From contig NC_010296.1 in assembly GCF_000010625.1 (NCBI RefSeq), forward strand, positions 4,080,001-4,112,000: 32,000 nt of DNA, given 5' to 3'. Positions 9,058 to 17,601 of the stretch are shown here, piece by piece. The notes beneath the pieces are model-generated. The model had not been told where the DNA came from, made no database searches, and saw nothing but the letters and a program-made list of their open reading frames with translations. The DNA is from Microcystis aeruginosa NIES-843 (GTDB taxonomy: Bacteria > Cyanobacteriota > Cyanobacteriia > Cyanobacteriales > Microcystaceae). Made by a program: the position numbers and the translations under genes. Positions within the stretch are counted from its first letter, which is position 1. Each line of letters starts with the position of its first letter.

Positions 9058-9640
9058 ATGTCTTATAGCCTAGACTTGAGAAAAAAAGTAATCGATTATG
9101 TAGAGAATGGGGGAAGCATAACCAAAGCCGCCGCTCTATTTAATATAGGAAGAGCGACGATATATAGATGGCTAGGTAGGGAAAAACTGGAAGCAACAAA
9201 GGTAAAACACCGTCAGAGAAAGCTGGACTGGAAAGCACTGTCAAAAGATGTCCAAGAAAATCCCGAGGCAAGATTAAGAGACAGAGCCGAGAAATTTGGA
9301 GTGAGACCAAGTGCCATTTGCTATGCCTTAAAAAACATGAAAGTTACCAGAAAAAAGAAGGAACTTCGTTATAGAGAAAGAAACCGAGAAGAAAGAATGA
9401 AATACTACAGAGTGCTGAGAGAATTGATTAAAATATATGGAAGTGAAAGCCTTGTATTTATTGATGAGTCAGGGTTTGAAGAATTTCAAGCCTGTTTTTA
9501 TGCTTGGTCAAAAAAAGGGAAGAAAGTCTTTGGAGATAGACAAGGAAAACGAGGAAAAAGAGAGAACCTTGTCGCTGGTAGAAGAAAGGGAAAAAAAGAC
9601 TTTATTGCACCGATGGTATTTACGAGAAGCCTGAATGCCG
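9058..9640 (+). pseudogene. IS630-family transposase, N-terminal (HTH) part, split by ISL3
   Basis: MSYSLDLRKKVIDYVENGGSITKAAALFNIGRATIYRWL is an HTH, followed by LVFIDESGF (first DDE aspartate region). The frame runs into the ISL3 terminus at 9641 and picks up unrelated residues. Confidence 0.8.
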
Positions 9641-11062
9641 GGCTCTTCGTTACCCTTTATGCTAAATCAACATACAAGATGCCAAGATAACATACTTCTA
9701 ACCCAAAAATTCCGAAAGTTTCTAAAGCCATAGCCTCTCCGTTTTATTAGTTTAAGTTTATTGTTGATTCCTTCGACCACCCCATTCGTTGTCCTTCGCT
9801 CGAAATAACTAATTATTTCTCCAAACCAGTTTCGGATTGTTTGACAACTCTTGGTAAAAACACTGGAGGATTTTGCCAACCATTCCGAGATGGATAGCAT
9901 TCCCTCTGTCGGATTCTCTGAGGTTTCATAAATCTTTCTAAATTCTTCCTTTAATTCCTGCATCTTTTTCAAATTTGGGAATTTTTCTTTGATAGCTTCT
10001 AGTTTAATTTTTTGGGGTTCCGTTAAATCTTCTTCATTTTTTAACAGGCTATATTTACTTCGCTTTAAAACTTCTAGCTTGGCTTCTTTTTCTGCTTTCT
10101 GTTTTTTATTTTTCTGCGCTTCTACGGCTCTTTTTTCTGCTCTTCTCTGTTCGTCTAACTCTTGATTAATTTGTTTCATTACATGGAATCTATCGGCGAC
10201 TACTTCGGCCGATGGCATCAATTCTTTCACCAAATTTTTATAAGGCAACCAAAGGTCTATGCTCACTTCTTCAATTTGCTCTAACACCTCTTTTCCCCAG
10301 CCCGTAAGCGTTTCTCTCAACTCTTCTTGTGTTCGCTTCTCTAGAATAGCTATTAGTTTTCCCGTATCTAAATTTACTAAAACCGCACAGTAATTTTTTT
10401 GTCCTTTGACTAGAGCGATTTCATCAATTCCTAGTCTTTTTAATTCCGATAGGTCTGGCTCTGTAATTTCTTCGGCGATGTCCTCTATCATTCTTTGAAT
10501 CTCTTCTTCCGTTACGTCATTTATTCGACTAACATTTAAAATATCTCCTTCTTTTAATTGTTCGAGTATATTTGCGGCTAGTCTTTTCGTATAGGTTCGT
10601 TTCTTGGCGACAAAATCTAACTCTTCGCTAAAGGGTCTCTGACAATTATCGCACTTAAATTGACGACGATTAACTTGTAGGTATACTGGTTGACCTGAGA
10701 TTGGTAAATCTTTGACTAAATGTCGATGATTTTGGTGGAGTTTATCGCTCTCTAACCCACAACGAGGACAGGTTGCTTTTTGATTTTTCGATTCGATTCG
10801 GCAAACTATACCGATATTTTCTAGGTGTAGATAGCCTTGAATACAGGTTCCTTTTAGGTTCAAAAATTTGTCAAGTATCATAAGTAAAATAATCTCGTTT
10901 TTGGCTATTATATCAAATCTTAACTCAATTGTCTATCTTTTGGTATTAACCTGTTTGTGCCTTAAGTCCTTCCCTGTATGGATTTCAGCTACTTTTGAGC
11001 GTAGGCGCTCTCATCGAATTTTATTTTAAGTTAATTATTTGCATAACAATTCCCGAAGAGCC
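9641..11062 (-). mobile_element. ISL3-family insertion sequence, copy 1 (1422 bp), complete
   Basis: The termini are GGCTCTTCGTTACCCTTTATGC (9641-) and the reverse complement of ...GCATAACAATTCCCGAAGAGCC (-11062). Both start GGCTCTTCG and share TTATGC. There is a perfect 8-bp direct duplication GAATGCCG at 9633-9640 and 11063-11070. Confidence 0.9.
9667..10881 (-). CDS. ISL3-family transposase, intact (404 aa)
   Basis: An N-terminal zinc-ribbon (CPRCG ... CDNCQ), then the DDE body and the C-terminal TNGVVEGINNKLKLIKRRGYGFRNFRNF motif typical of ISL3 transposases. Confidence 0.9.
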   Translation of the reverse strand: MILDKFLNLKGTCIQGYLHLENIGIVCRIESKNQKATCPRCGLESDKLHQNHRHLVKDLPISGQPVYLQVNRRQFKCDNCQRPFSEELDFVAKKRTYTKRLAANILEQLKEGDILNVSRINDVTEEEIQRMIEDIAEEITEPDLSELKRLGIDEIALVKGQKNYCAVLVNLDTGKLIAILEKRTQEELRETLTGWGKEVLEQIEEVSIDLWLPYKNLVKELMPSAEVVADRFHVMKQINQELDEQRRAEKRAVEAQKNKKQKAEKEAKLEVLKRSKYSLLKNEEDLTEPQKIKLEAIKEKFPNLKKMQELKEEFRKIYETSENPTEGMLSISEWLAKSSSVFTKSCQTIRNWFGEIISYFERRTTNGVVEGINNKLKLIKRRGYGFRNFRNFWVRSMLSWHLVC

Positions 11063-11070
11063 GAATGCCG

Positions 11071-11336
11071 AAGGTTTTGAAGGGTGGTTATCTTTATATT
11101 TGTTGCCCTCTCTAACCATAACATCAGTATTAATTATGGATAATGCACCAATTCATCGGAAGACAGTCATTAAACAACTGGTAGAGGAAGCAGGTCATCA
11201 GGTCGTGTTTTTGCCAAAATACTCTCCTGATTTAAATGATATCGAACATGATTTTAGTGCATTAAAGAGGGCAAGAATGTATGCTCCTGTGGGGACACCC
11301 CTTGATGAAATTATTCGTACTTATTGTGTCGCCTAG
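11071..11336 (+). pseudogene. IS630-family transposase, C-terminal (DDE) part
   Basis: EGFEGWL...LIMDNAPIHRK...LPKYSPDLNDIEHDFSALKR carries the second Asp and the final D/E region. Deleting 9641-11070 in silico joins ...CTG AAT GCC G|AA GGT TTT... in frame (LNAEGFEGW) to give a 283-aa transposase. Confidence 0.8.
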
Positions 11337-11364
11337 TGTCTCGTTCTTATTTGAAATAACTATA

Positions 11365-11421
11365 TCAGTTATCAGTTATCAGTTATCAGTTATCAGTTAT
11401 CAGTTATCAGTTATCAGTTAT
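11365..11421. repeat. (CAGTTAT)n heptamer microsatellite, right part (8 units)
   Basis: Units were read at 11366 through 11415. Together with 8942-8982 this reconstructs an uninterrupted array of ~14 units once the IS and one TA are removed. Confidence 0.95.
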
Positions 11422-11447
11422 CAGCTTTTTTCTCCCTGCTCCCTTCT

Positions 11448-11476
11448 CCCCACTTCCCCACTTCCCCACTTCCCAC
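11448..11476. repeat. (CCCCACTT)n octamer array, ~3.5 units
   Basis: Read directly. The same unit recurs at 25283-25311. Confidence 0.9.
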
Positions 11477-11480
11477 TGAA

Positions 11481-11499
11481 AAGGCTGCCATGCAGCCTT
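11481..11499 (-). terminator. Candidate intrinsic terminator downstream of zipN
   Basis: AAGGCTGC-CAT-GCAGCCTT forms a perfect 8-bp stem. On the minus strand it is followed by TTCAG, giving CCTTTTC. It lies ~55 nt after the zipN stop. The U-tract is short. Confidence 0.4.
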
Positions 11500-11554
11500 A
11501 ATTGGGTGTGCGGGCAGCCTAAAGCCTAGTTTTTGGGGATTTAATCGGAAAAAA

Positions 11555-13801
11555 TTAGGGTAAGACTTGGGTTTTTTCGATCAACCATTTATCTCCTTGC
11601 CGTACCAAATCATAGCGCAGGTTCAAGGACTCATTATAGGAACGATTGACAATTTCCTTGCCATTATGGAAATACATGGCCTTTTCGTTGACTATCGCTT
11701 CCACCGTCGCTAAATTAGGATTTTTCACATTATTAGTAACCGAGCGCACATCCACTTGATGATCGTAGCGCCAATAATTATTTCCTTGTAAAGCCGCCGC
11801 TCGTTTTTGCCAAAGTTCCAAGGCTGAACCCGTTAAAACCTCTTTCAATTGCTCTTTTTGGTGTTCACTGCCAAAAGCCGCCGATTTTGCTTCTAACCAA
11901 GCTTGAATCGTCTCCTTTGCTGTTTCCTTGTCCAAGGGAATCCCTTCCATCACTTCCGCATTAGCCGAGGGAATTTCTAGTATGGGAGTATTTAAAGAAA
12001 TCGGTAACTGTTCCCCTTGCAAGGCTGCCAAAGGAGATTGACTATCGACAATTGCCTTTACCCCCAGGGCCAAAACCGCGATTGTTCCCACTAATCCTAC
12101 CCCTAATATCGCCACTCGATCGAGTCGCAGTTTTCTGCGGGCTGGTCGTCTCCGTTTCGGTGCGACTAGGGCAGTTTTTGCCGTTTCTAGGGCTGCCGGC
12201 CCGGAGTTGCCTGCTGCTTGGTGGCGCGGGCGACTAGGACGACGACGGGGGGGATTAAGTGCCGGTTGACGATAGGCTGCTGTCACCACCACATTACCCT
12301 GAGTATAGGGGGTGAGCGTTTCCTCCTGAGCGGTGGCTCTCAGGGCAGGTACAGCAGTGCTTGTCCGCTCACCGTTAGCTCTAGCTAAAGACGGTTTTTG
12401 GGGACGAGAGTGGGAAGAAGAATAAGCAGATTCCCTCATCGGTGTCACTCCTGGCACTGGGTTTAAATGGGTGGGGGGGGTGTGGGTTTTCAGAACATTT
12501 ACTTCCGATTCTAAGGGTTCGCTGGCCTTTTCTCGAACCTCGACGGGAACTTTTTCGTCAGGAAAACCTGACAATTCTTCTAAATAATTTTGTACTTCTT
12601 CCTCGGCAAAATACTCTTTGAGTGAGGCTTTCCGCTCGACTAAATCACTAAAATGGCAGAAAACTTCTGTTTGTAACCAACGCTCACCGTAACGACATAA
12701 CCCGGGTAAAAGATCGGCAGATTGCCCGGATTGTTCCTTAATATAATTTAATATTTCTTGCTCTTGACTTTTTTCTAAAATTGTGCTTGCTCGTTCCGTC
12801 TGACCGAGCAGTAGGGCGCAGATCGATCGCTCTAGGGAGACATCCTGATGTTTTTGTAATTGCTGTAGGCGCTCGCAGGCTGCGACAATAGCGGCGGGTT
12901 GTTTTTGGGCGAAACCGCGGGCGATCAAGGCATAGACCAGCAGATAATTACCCACCGCCGAGGGGCGTTGTGCCTCTTTAGCCCAGATTTTCTCCTGTTC
13001 GGCCTGAGTTAAATAAACCCGTAACTGTTGAATAAAGCGTAAAAAATTATCCACCCCCAACCCAGAGCGATCGTCGCCCTGGCCATCGATGCCGCCGCGA
13101 GCGGCCAACATCTCCTCCAAGAGATTTAAGCCGCGCTGACGGGCAAGACTAGGTTTTTTTTCTTGGGATAACAATTCCAGTATCCGGTAGGGACGCAGGC
13201 GATCGCAATCATGGCGAATCTCGCTGGCCACTTGCGGGAACATTTGTTCTTGTTCCAACCAAGTCAGGGCTTTGGTTGCGGTGCTGGCCGCCTGTTCATA
13301 ATTTTTATCCTGCCAATATTCCCGACTTAATTCCCCGTAGGCCAAAGCCAAGGTTAAGATCATGTCTGGGCGAGTAGTTGGCTCTAAATCTAGATAAGTT
13401 TCGGCCAAACGAATCACTAACTCGTATTCTCCCAACTCTTGCAGGATGAGCAAAGCTCCCACCAGATCGGCGGGGGCAATGGTAATCTGGGGAGTGGGAT
13501 ATTCCGGCGAAGCCGCGGCCGCCTCCCCACCCTGAGAATCTAGGTTTTCGGCACTGCTTTCTGGGTTGAGAAGCAAGGGATTGGGTCCGAAAAATTGGGC
13601 ATCGTAATCACGACGGCGATCCGCAGCACTTAACACTTGGTAAGCTTCATCTAACAAGTGCTGACGGGCAATGATCGCTGTTTGACTGTATTCTTGACGT
13701 GGCAATTGCCGTCCCCGGTCGGCGTGGGCCAAATCAATCTGCTCGGCACTCACCTGAAAGGGGATTCCCAATATCCTGTAGTAGTCAAGAGGAATGCGCA
13801 C
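11555..13801 (-). CDS. zipN: Cell-division protein ZipN/Ftn2 (ARC6 homologue), DnaJ-like N-terminus
   Basis: GTG start (13801-13799) giving MRIPLDYYRILGIP, the signature J-like N-terminus of Ftn2/ARC6. A Pro/Arg-rich linker, one TM helix (VAILGVGLVGTIAVLALGV) and a C-terminal ARC6-type domain follow. Confidence 0.8.
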   Translation of the reverse strand: MRIPLDYYRILGIPFQVSAEQIDLAHADRGRQLPRQEYSQTAIIARQHLLDEAYQVLSAADRRRDYDAQFFGPNPLLLNPESSAENLDSQGGEAAAASPEYPTPQITIAPADLVGALLILQELGEYELVIRLAETYLDLEPTTRPDMILTLALAYGELSREYWQDKNYEQAASTATKALTWLEQEQMFPQVASEIRHDCDRLRPYRILELLSQEKKPSLARQRGLNLLEEMLAARGGIDGQGDDRSGLGVDNFLRFIQQLRVYLTQAEQEKIWAKEAQRPSAVGNYLLVYALIARGFAQKQPAAIVAACERLQQLQKHQDVSLERSICALLLGQTERASTILEKSQEQEILNYIKEQSGQSADLLPGLCRYGERWLQTEVFCHFSDLVERKASLKEYFAEEEVQNYLEELSGFPDEKVPVEVREKASEPLESEVNVLKTHTPPTHLNPVPGVTPMRESAYSSSHSRPQKPSLARANGERTSTAVPALRATAQEETLTPYTQGNVVVTAAYRQPALNPPRRRPSRPRHQAAGNSGPAALETAKTALVAPKRRRPARRKLRLDRVAILGVGLVGTIAVLALGVKAIVDSQSPLAALQGEQLPISLNTPILEIPSANAEVMEGIPLDKETAKETIQAWLEAKSAAFGSEHQKEQLKEVLTGSALELWQKRAAALQGNNYWRYDHQVDVRSVTNNVKNPNLATVEAIVNEKAMYFHNGKEIVNRSYNESLNLRYDLVRQGDKWLIEKTQVLP

Positions 13802-13842
13802 GGTTAGCTGTACCTCAACTCTGGAGAGTCCTTAGTAATCTA

Positions 13843-13871
13843 CTCCCGTTAAAGCGTCAGCTTAACGGGAG
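13843..13871 (-). other. Subterminal (right-end) hairpin of the solo tnpB element; probable part of its omega-RNA scaffold
   Basis: CTCCCGTTAA-9 nt-TTAACGGGAG, a perfect 10-bp stem. The tnpB stop codon (13849-13851) lies inside the stem. The same stem sequence recurs at 22428-22477. Confidence 0.7.
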
Positions 13872-15054
13872 CTTTCTGTAACCCTAAACTTATCGGGCAA
13901 GCCAATAAATTCGGCTCTCTGGGCTGGATTACACTCAGCCCCAAAAGTCTAATCATCTTGCTACCGTTCGCGTCTGCGTCACCAATCCAACCACAAGTCT
14001 TATTACTACACTTAAACGATTTTCCGCTTCTAATTCCGATATGTAGGCAACAATGACAGGTTTGAGAGGTATATCGTGGATTAACCGCGATAACCTCAAC
14101 TCCTTCTTTAATGCCTTTGTATTCGAGAAATTGTCGAAGTTGATAGAAAGCCCAAGAGTTAGACCGTCTTCTCTCGGTCTTATTTCGTGGTTGTTGGTTG
14201 GTTCTCTCTCGAATACCGGTTAGGTCTTCAATAGCGATAATCGAGTTGGTTGATTTTGCCTCGGCAACGATAGCTTTACTGATTACATGATTTAAGTGCG
14301 CTTGGTATCTTCTCTCCCGCCCCGATAGCCGTTTCAATATCTCCCGACACCTACGCCTGGTGGATCTAGTGCCTTGAGACGCTTTCCTTTGCAGAGAAGC
14401 TCGAACGCGACTGTATTTATCCCTCGTTTCCTTGATTCCATCCCCCGACCACGATTGATCGGTTGATGTTACCGCGATGTCACGACGGCCGAAATCGACC
14501 CCGATAATGTTATCCGCGTTGATAGGTTTCGGCGGTTCCGATTTTAGTTGGATGTGGACATACCAACCGCCGTCACGATGTAGGCAGATTTGAGCGGAGG
14601 TCGGATTTTGCCAGGTAAGTTTCCCCCGATGGTAATTGCTCGCTCTCAGGGGAATGGTTAACCGTTTCCCCGTGGTGCTAACAGTAATCGCCCAATCTTT
14701 CTCGACGAAACGGAAGGTTCGAGCGTCACAGTCGAAACTTGTTGGAGCAAAGTTCTTGACCTTCTTCCCTTGAAGTTTTGCTGTCAAACGATTAGCCGCC
14801 ACCCGACCGCAAGCTCTGACAACGTGGTTAGCCGTCAATCCGAACCGATCCTTAACGTCCTGATAACAGACGGCTTGAATCGAGTTCCGGTTAGTCAGCC
14901 GGGGATTGACGTTCTCGTTAATCCAGCTACAAGCCGACGCAAAAGCCGTACAGGTATCGGACAGCGCTTGTTGTTGTTCGCTACATACTTGAAGCTTGAT
15001 CACTAGCGTCAGGACTTGTTCCACGGCCTCAAAAAACTCACCAACAGGAAGCAT
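13849..15054 (-). CDS. tnpB: TnpB (IS200/IS605 OrfB, RuvC-type RNA-guided nuclease), apparently intact
   Basis: The RuvC triad context is present: IIGVDFGRRD (D), IIAIEDLTGI (E), GDADANGSKMI (D). The zinc finger is CHCC...CSNKTC. 401 aa. Confidence 0.85.
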   Translation of the reverse strand: MLPVGEFFEAVEQVLTLVIKLQVCSEQQQALSDTCTAFASACSWINENVNPRLTNRNSIQAVCYQDVKDRFGLTANHVVRACGRVAANRLTAKLQGKKVKNFAPTSFDCDARTFRFVEKDWAITVSTTGKRLTIPLRASNYHRGKLTWQNPTSAQICLHRDGGWYVHIQLKSEPPKPINADNIIGVDFGRRDIAVTSTDQSWSGDGIKETRDKYSRVRASLQRKASQGTRSTRRRCREILKRLSGRERRYQAHLNHVISKAIVAEAKSTNSIIAIEDLTGIRERTNQQPRNKTERRRSNSWAFYQLRQFLEYKGIKEGVEVIAVNPRYTSQTCHCCLHIGIRSGKSFKCSNKTCGWIGDADANGSKMIRLLGLSVIQPREPNLLACPISLGLQKAPVKLTL

Positions 15055-15369
15055 AACATATTTAGAGTCGATGCGCTACGCGCGTTTTATACTGGTCGGC
15101 ATTCCTCCGCCGCCAACCCGTAGGGTGTAACGGGGGCATCCTGCCGACATCTAAGGTGAATTAAGTGATGTAAGTGAGAGCGGAGCGAGTAAAATAACAA
15201 GATACCATCTTATCCTAGCCAATCTCTGACTGACTAAGATTAGATTTGAGAGAGAAAATACCAAGAACCCCTTGGTTTAAGACCAAAAAATTCACTGCCA
15301 GAATTCTCGAAAAATCTACCGCTTCCTCTCCCCTTGCCTTTTTGTTGTCTAAATGATACTACAGACCCT

Positions 15370-16404
15370 ATGATTTCCGAACGTACTTTACCAACCTTTA
15401 ATCCTGCTTCCATCATTATTACCAAAGCTGAAGGTCTTCGCCTATACGAGGATATGGTTTTGGGGCGGATGTTTGAAGATAAATGTGCCGAAATGTATTA
15501 TCGGGGCAAAATGTTCGGTTTTGTCCACCTCTACAACGGTCAAGAAGCGATATCTAGCGGTATTATTAAAGCCTTGCGTCAGGGAGAAGATTACGTTTCT
15601 AGTACCTATCGCGATCACGTCCACGCCCTCAGTGCCGGAGTTCCCGCTCAAGAGGTAATGGCGGAGTTATTCGGAAAAGCTACCGGCTGTAGTAAAGGAC
15701 GGGGCGGCTCCATGCATATGTTTTCCGCCGAACATAAGCTTTTAGGGGGTTACGCTTTTGTGGCCGAGGGGATTCCCGTCGCAACCGGGGCGGCTTTTCA
15801 AAGTAAGTACCGTCGCGAAGCCATGGGTGATGCCAGTGCCGATCAGGTAACGGTCTGTTTCTTCGGGGATGGGGCGAGTAATAATGGCCAGTTTTTTGAG
15901 TGTCTGAATATGGCCGCCCTCTGGAAGTTGCCGATTATCTATGTGGTGGAAAATAATAAGTGGGCGATCGGTATGGCCCACGATCGAGCCACTTCTCAAC
16001 CGGAAATCTATAAAAAAGCTAGTGTTTTTAGTATGGTCGGTGTGGAAGTGGACGGTATGGATGTGGTCGCCGTTCATGCCGCCGCCAGAGAAGCCGTGGC
16101 TCGGGCCCGCGCTGGTGAGGGACCGACTTTAATTGAGGCCTTAACCTATCGTTTCCGGGGTCACTCTCTGGCAGATCCCGACGAGTTACGCAGTGCTGAC
16201 GAGAAACAATTCTGGGGCGAAAGAGATCCGATTACTCGCTTTGCCGCCTACCTCTACGAGCGAGATCTGGCCACGAGAGAGGAATTAAAAGAAATCGAGC
16301 AGAAAATTCAAGCTGAAATCGAGGAAGCGGTTAAATTTGCCGAATCTAGCCCCGAACCCGATCCTAGTGAACTAACTCGCTTTATTTTCGCTGAAGACGA
16401 GTAA
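15370..16404 (+). CDS. pdhA: Pyruvate dehydrogenase E1 component, alpha subunit
   Basis: [12 protein letters not shown]...[36 protein letters not shown] and the TPP-binding [12 protein letters not shown] motif. I prefer ATG 15370 over the ORF-track start at 15334 because the extra 12 residues ([12 protein letters not shown]) are not part of the family N-terminus as I know it. Confidence 0.9.
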   Translation: MISERTLPTFNPASIIITKAEGLRLYEDMVLGRMFEDKCAEMYYRGKMFGFVHLYNGQEAISSGIIKALRQGEDYVSSTYRDHVHALSAGVPAQEVMAELFGKATGCSKGRGGSMHMFSAEHKLLGGYAFVAEGIPVATGAAFQSKYRREAMGDASADQVTVCFFGDGASNNGQFFECLNMAALWKLPIIYVVENNKWAIGMAHDRATSQPEIYKKASVFSMVGVEVDGMDVVAVHAAAREAVARARAGEGPTLIEALTYRFRGHSLADPDELRSADEKQFWGERDPITRFAAYLYERDLATREELKEIEQKIQAEIEEAVKFAESSPEPDPSELTRFIFAEDE

Positions 16405-16444
16405 TTTCAGTGATTAGTTACCAGTTATTCAGATTTGAGTAATC

Positions 16445-16468
16445 AGTAATCAGTGATCACTGATTACT
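16445..16468. repeat. Perfect 24-nt palindrome AGTAATCAGTGATCACTGATTACT downstream of pdhA
   Basis: Verified base by base as its own reverse complement. It is preceded by related CAGTTAT/CAGTAAT-like words (16410-16444). There is no U-tract on either side. Confidence 0.9.
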
Positions 16469-16555
16469 TAAGGTATTCTATGAGGGGGAGCAGAAAAATC
16501 CCGCCTTGAAGATGGTTGTTGTTGAAAAAATCCGTAAAAAATAGTTGCGCTCTTG

Positions 16556-16561
16556 TATAAT
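16556..16561 (+). promoter_or_regulatory. Candidate -10 box (TATAAT) for the downstream hypothetical gene
   Basis: A perfect TATAAT lies 31 nt upstream of ATG 16592. I found no convincing -35 at 17-nt spacing. It argues against the TTG 16553 start in the ORF track. Confidence 0.35.
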
Positions 16562-16591
16562 CCGCTAAAATCCAGAGAAATAGCTTTTGCC

Positions 16592-17374
16592 ATGGCGACT
16601 ACAGAAGCATTGAACCCCAGTCAGTTCGCATTCTTAACCAACCTCACCGCTGATCGTTCAAGTTCACCCAACCCACAACAAGAAATGGACAAAGTTATCA
16701 TTCTCGTTAATGCCGAAGCTCAAGCCAGTGGTCAGATGTCTCGGCTATCGCCCGTTACCGAAAAGATGGTGATTGCCTTAAAAAATGCGGTTCCTAAATC
16801 CTTGGCGGTGGAGGTGACGGGGACGGCTTCTTTGTGGTCAAAAATGGAGTCGGGTAAAACCAGCCAGAATAATTTAATCTGGTGTCCCTTAACAATTCAA
16901 TTACCCAATTGGGTGAATTTTCCTGGTAAAAAAGTTTATCAAGCTTGTCGGGATATCGAGGAAAGACGCACTTGGGTTGCCCATACCCTGCACTATAAAA
17001 CCAGTCAGGGAGATTCTTCTTTTGGGGATCTTTGGTTGCCGATCACGGTGACATCTAAGGGTTTAGAATACGGTGAGGTAATCGGAGAAGGCATGATCCC
17101 CAACGCCTACAGTCAACCGATTAGTCTGGAAAGAGAGAGTCTTAAGTCTTTACATCGGCTGGCAGCGCAATTACTGGATAATTTACAGGCTCCTGCTTCT
17201 GTTTATTTGCTGCAGTTTCGTCTGGCTCATCGAGAAGTGGTTTTTGATCGTCTCTGGCCTTTTCCTGCTGCACCTGCGATCGCTTCCCTGCGCGGTCAAC
17301 AGACGGATCTTTATGCAGCCTACTGGAATTGTTTACGTCGGCAAGCAATGCTCGATCATTCCTTGGCAATTTAA
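16592..17374 (+). CDS. Conserved hypothetical protein (260 aa from ATG 16592)
   Basis: A long ORF with ordinary backbone composition. No motif is recognised with confidence. The start was chosen at the first ATG downstream of the TATAAT. Confidence 0.5.
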   Translation: MATTEALNPSQFAFLTNLTADRSSSPNPQQEMDKVIILVNAEAQASGQMSRLSPVTEKMVIALKNAVPKSLAVEVTGTASLWSKMESGKTSQNNLIWCPLTIQLPNWVNFPGKKVYQACRDIEERRTWVAHTLHYKTSQGDSSFGDLWLPITVTSKGLEYGEVIGEGMIPNAYSQPISLERESLKSLHRLAAQLLDNLQAPASVYLLQFRLAHREVVFDRLWPFPAAPAIASLRGQQTDLYAAYWNCLRRQAMLDHSLAI

Positions 17375-17380
17375 CTTAGT

Positions 17381-17476
17381 GTCAGCAGAAGTCCCTCGCG
17401 CTTAGTGCGATGGGACGGGGCTTTTAAAGGGGCGAAGTAATTCGCCCCAGGGTTCCCCTCACTCATGAATGCTGAC
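17381..17476. other. ~96-nt multi-hairpin element bounded by a 7-nt inverted repeat
   Basis: GTCAGCA (17381-17387) pairs with TGCTGAC (17470-17476). Inside are GTCCCTCGC...GCGATGGGAC (17391-17416, 9 bp with one bulge) and GGGGCGAA-GTAA-TTCGCCCC (17429-17448, a perfect 8-bp stem). Confidence 0.6.
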
Positions 17477-17601
17477 TTTGTATATAGACAATTCTCAAAA
17501 ACCGATGCTATAATAAGTATTGTAAAGTTTTGTAAAAAATATATGCAAATGACTGCAAACAACTGCTAATATGGTTAGTACAAGTTTACATTGCAGTTCA
17601 C

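Larger units (their letters stand above)
8983..11362 (+). mobile_element. IS630-family insertion sequence, itself interrupted by an ISL3 element
   Basis: The terminal inverted repeats are TAGTCATTTCAAATAAG (8983-) and the reverse complement of CTTATTTGAAATAACTA (-11362), matching 17/18, followed by a shared GAGAC. It is flanked by TA (8981-8982) and TA (11363-11364), the TA duplication expected for IS630/Tc1-mariner elements. Without the ISL3 insert the element is ~950 bp. Confidence 0.85.
13805..15160 (-). mobile_element. IS200/IS605-family element carrying tnpB only (IS1341-like); boundaries approximate
   Basis: An intact tnpB is flanked by a 3' subterminal hairpin (13843-13871) and a 5' imperfect hairpin GTCGGCA...TGCCGAC (about 15103-15158). 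No tnpA is present, and the exact ends are not determinable from one copy. Confidence 0.65.

Noticed and set aside
8942-11421. Possible CRISPR array suggested by dense short repeats
   Set aside because: The units are 7 nt, perfectly tandem and have no spacers, and no cas genes are in the window. These are microsatellites split by an IS.
11281-11529. 82-aa ORF containing SVISYQLSVISYQL...
   Set aside because: It is the translation of the CAGTTAT and CCCCACTT arrays downstream of the IS630 end, not a gene.
13849-15054. Whether the zipN-adjacent TnpB is a nuclease-dead, domesticated RNA-guided repressor (TldR-like)
   Set aside because: All three RuvC catalytic contexts (VDFG, IEDL, GDADANG) and the zinc finger are present, and the protein is full length. 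The sequence gives no support for nuclease loss.
17371-17562. 63-aa minus-strand ORF
   Set aside because: It spans the hairpin module and the AT-rich IS607 left end, and its composition changes abruptly inside it. It is almost certainly spurious.
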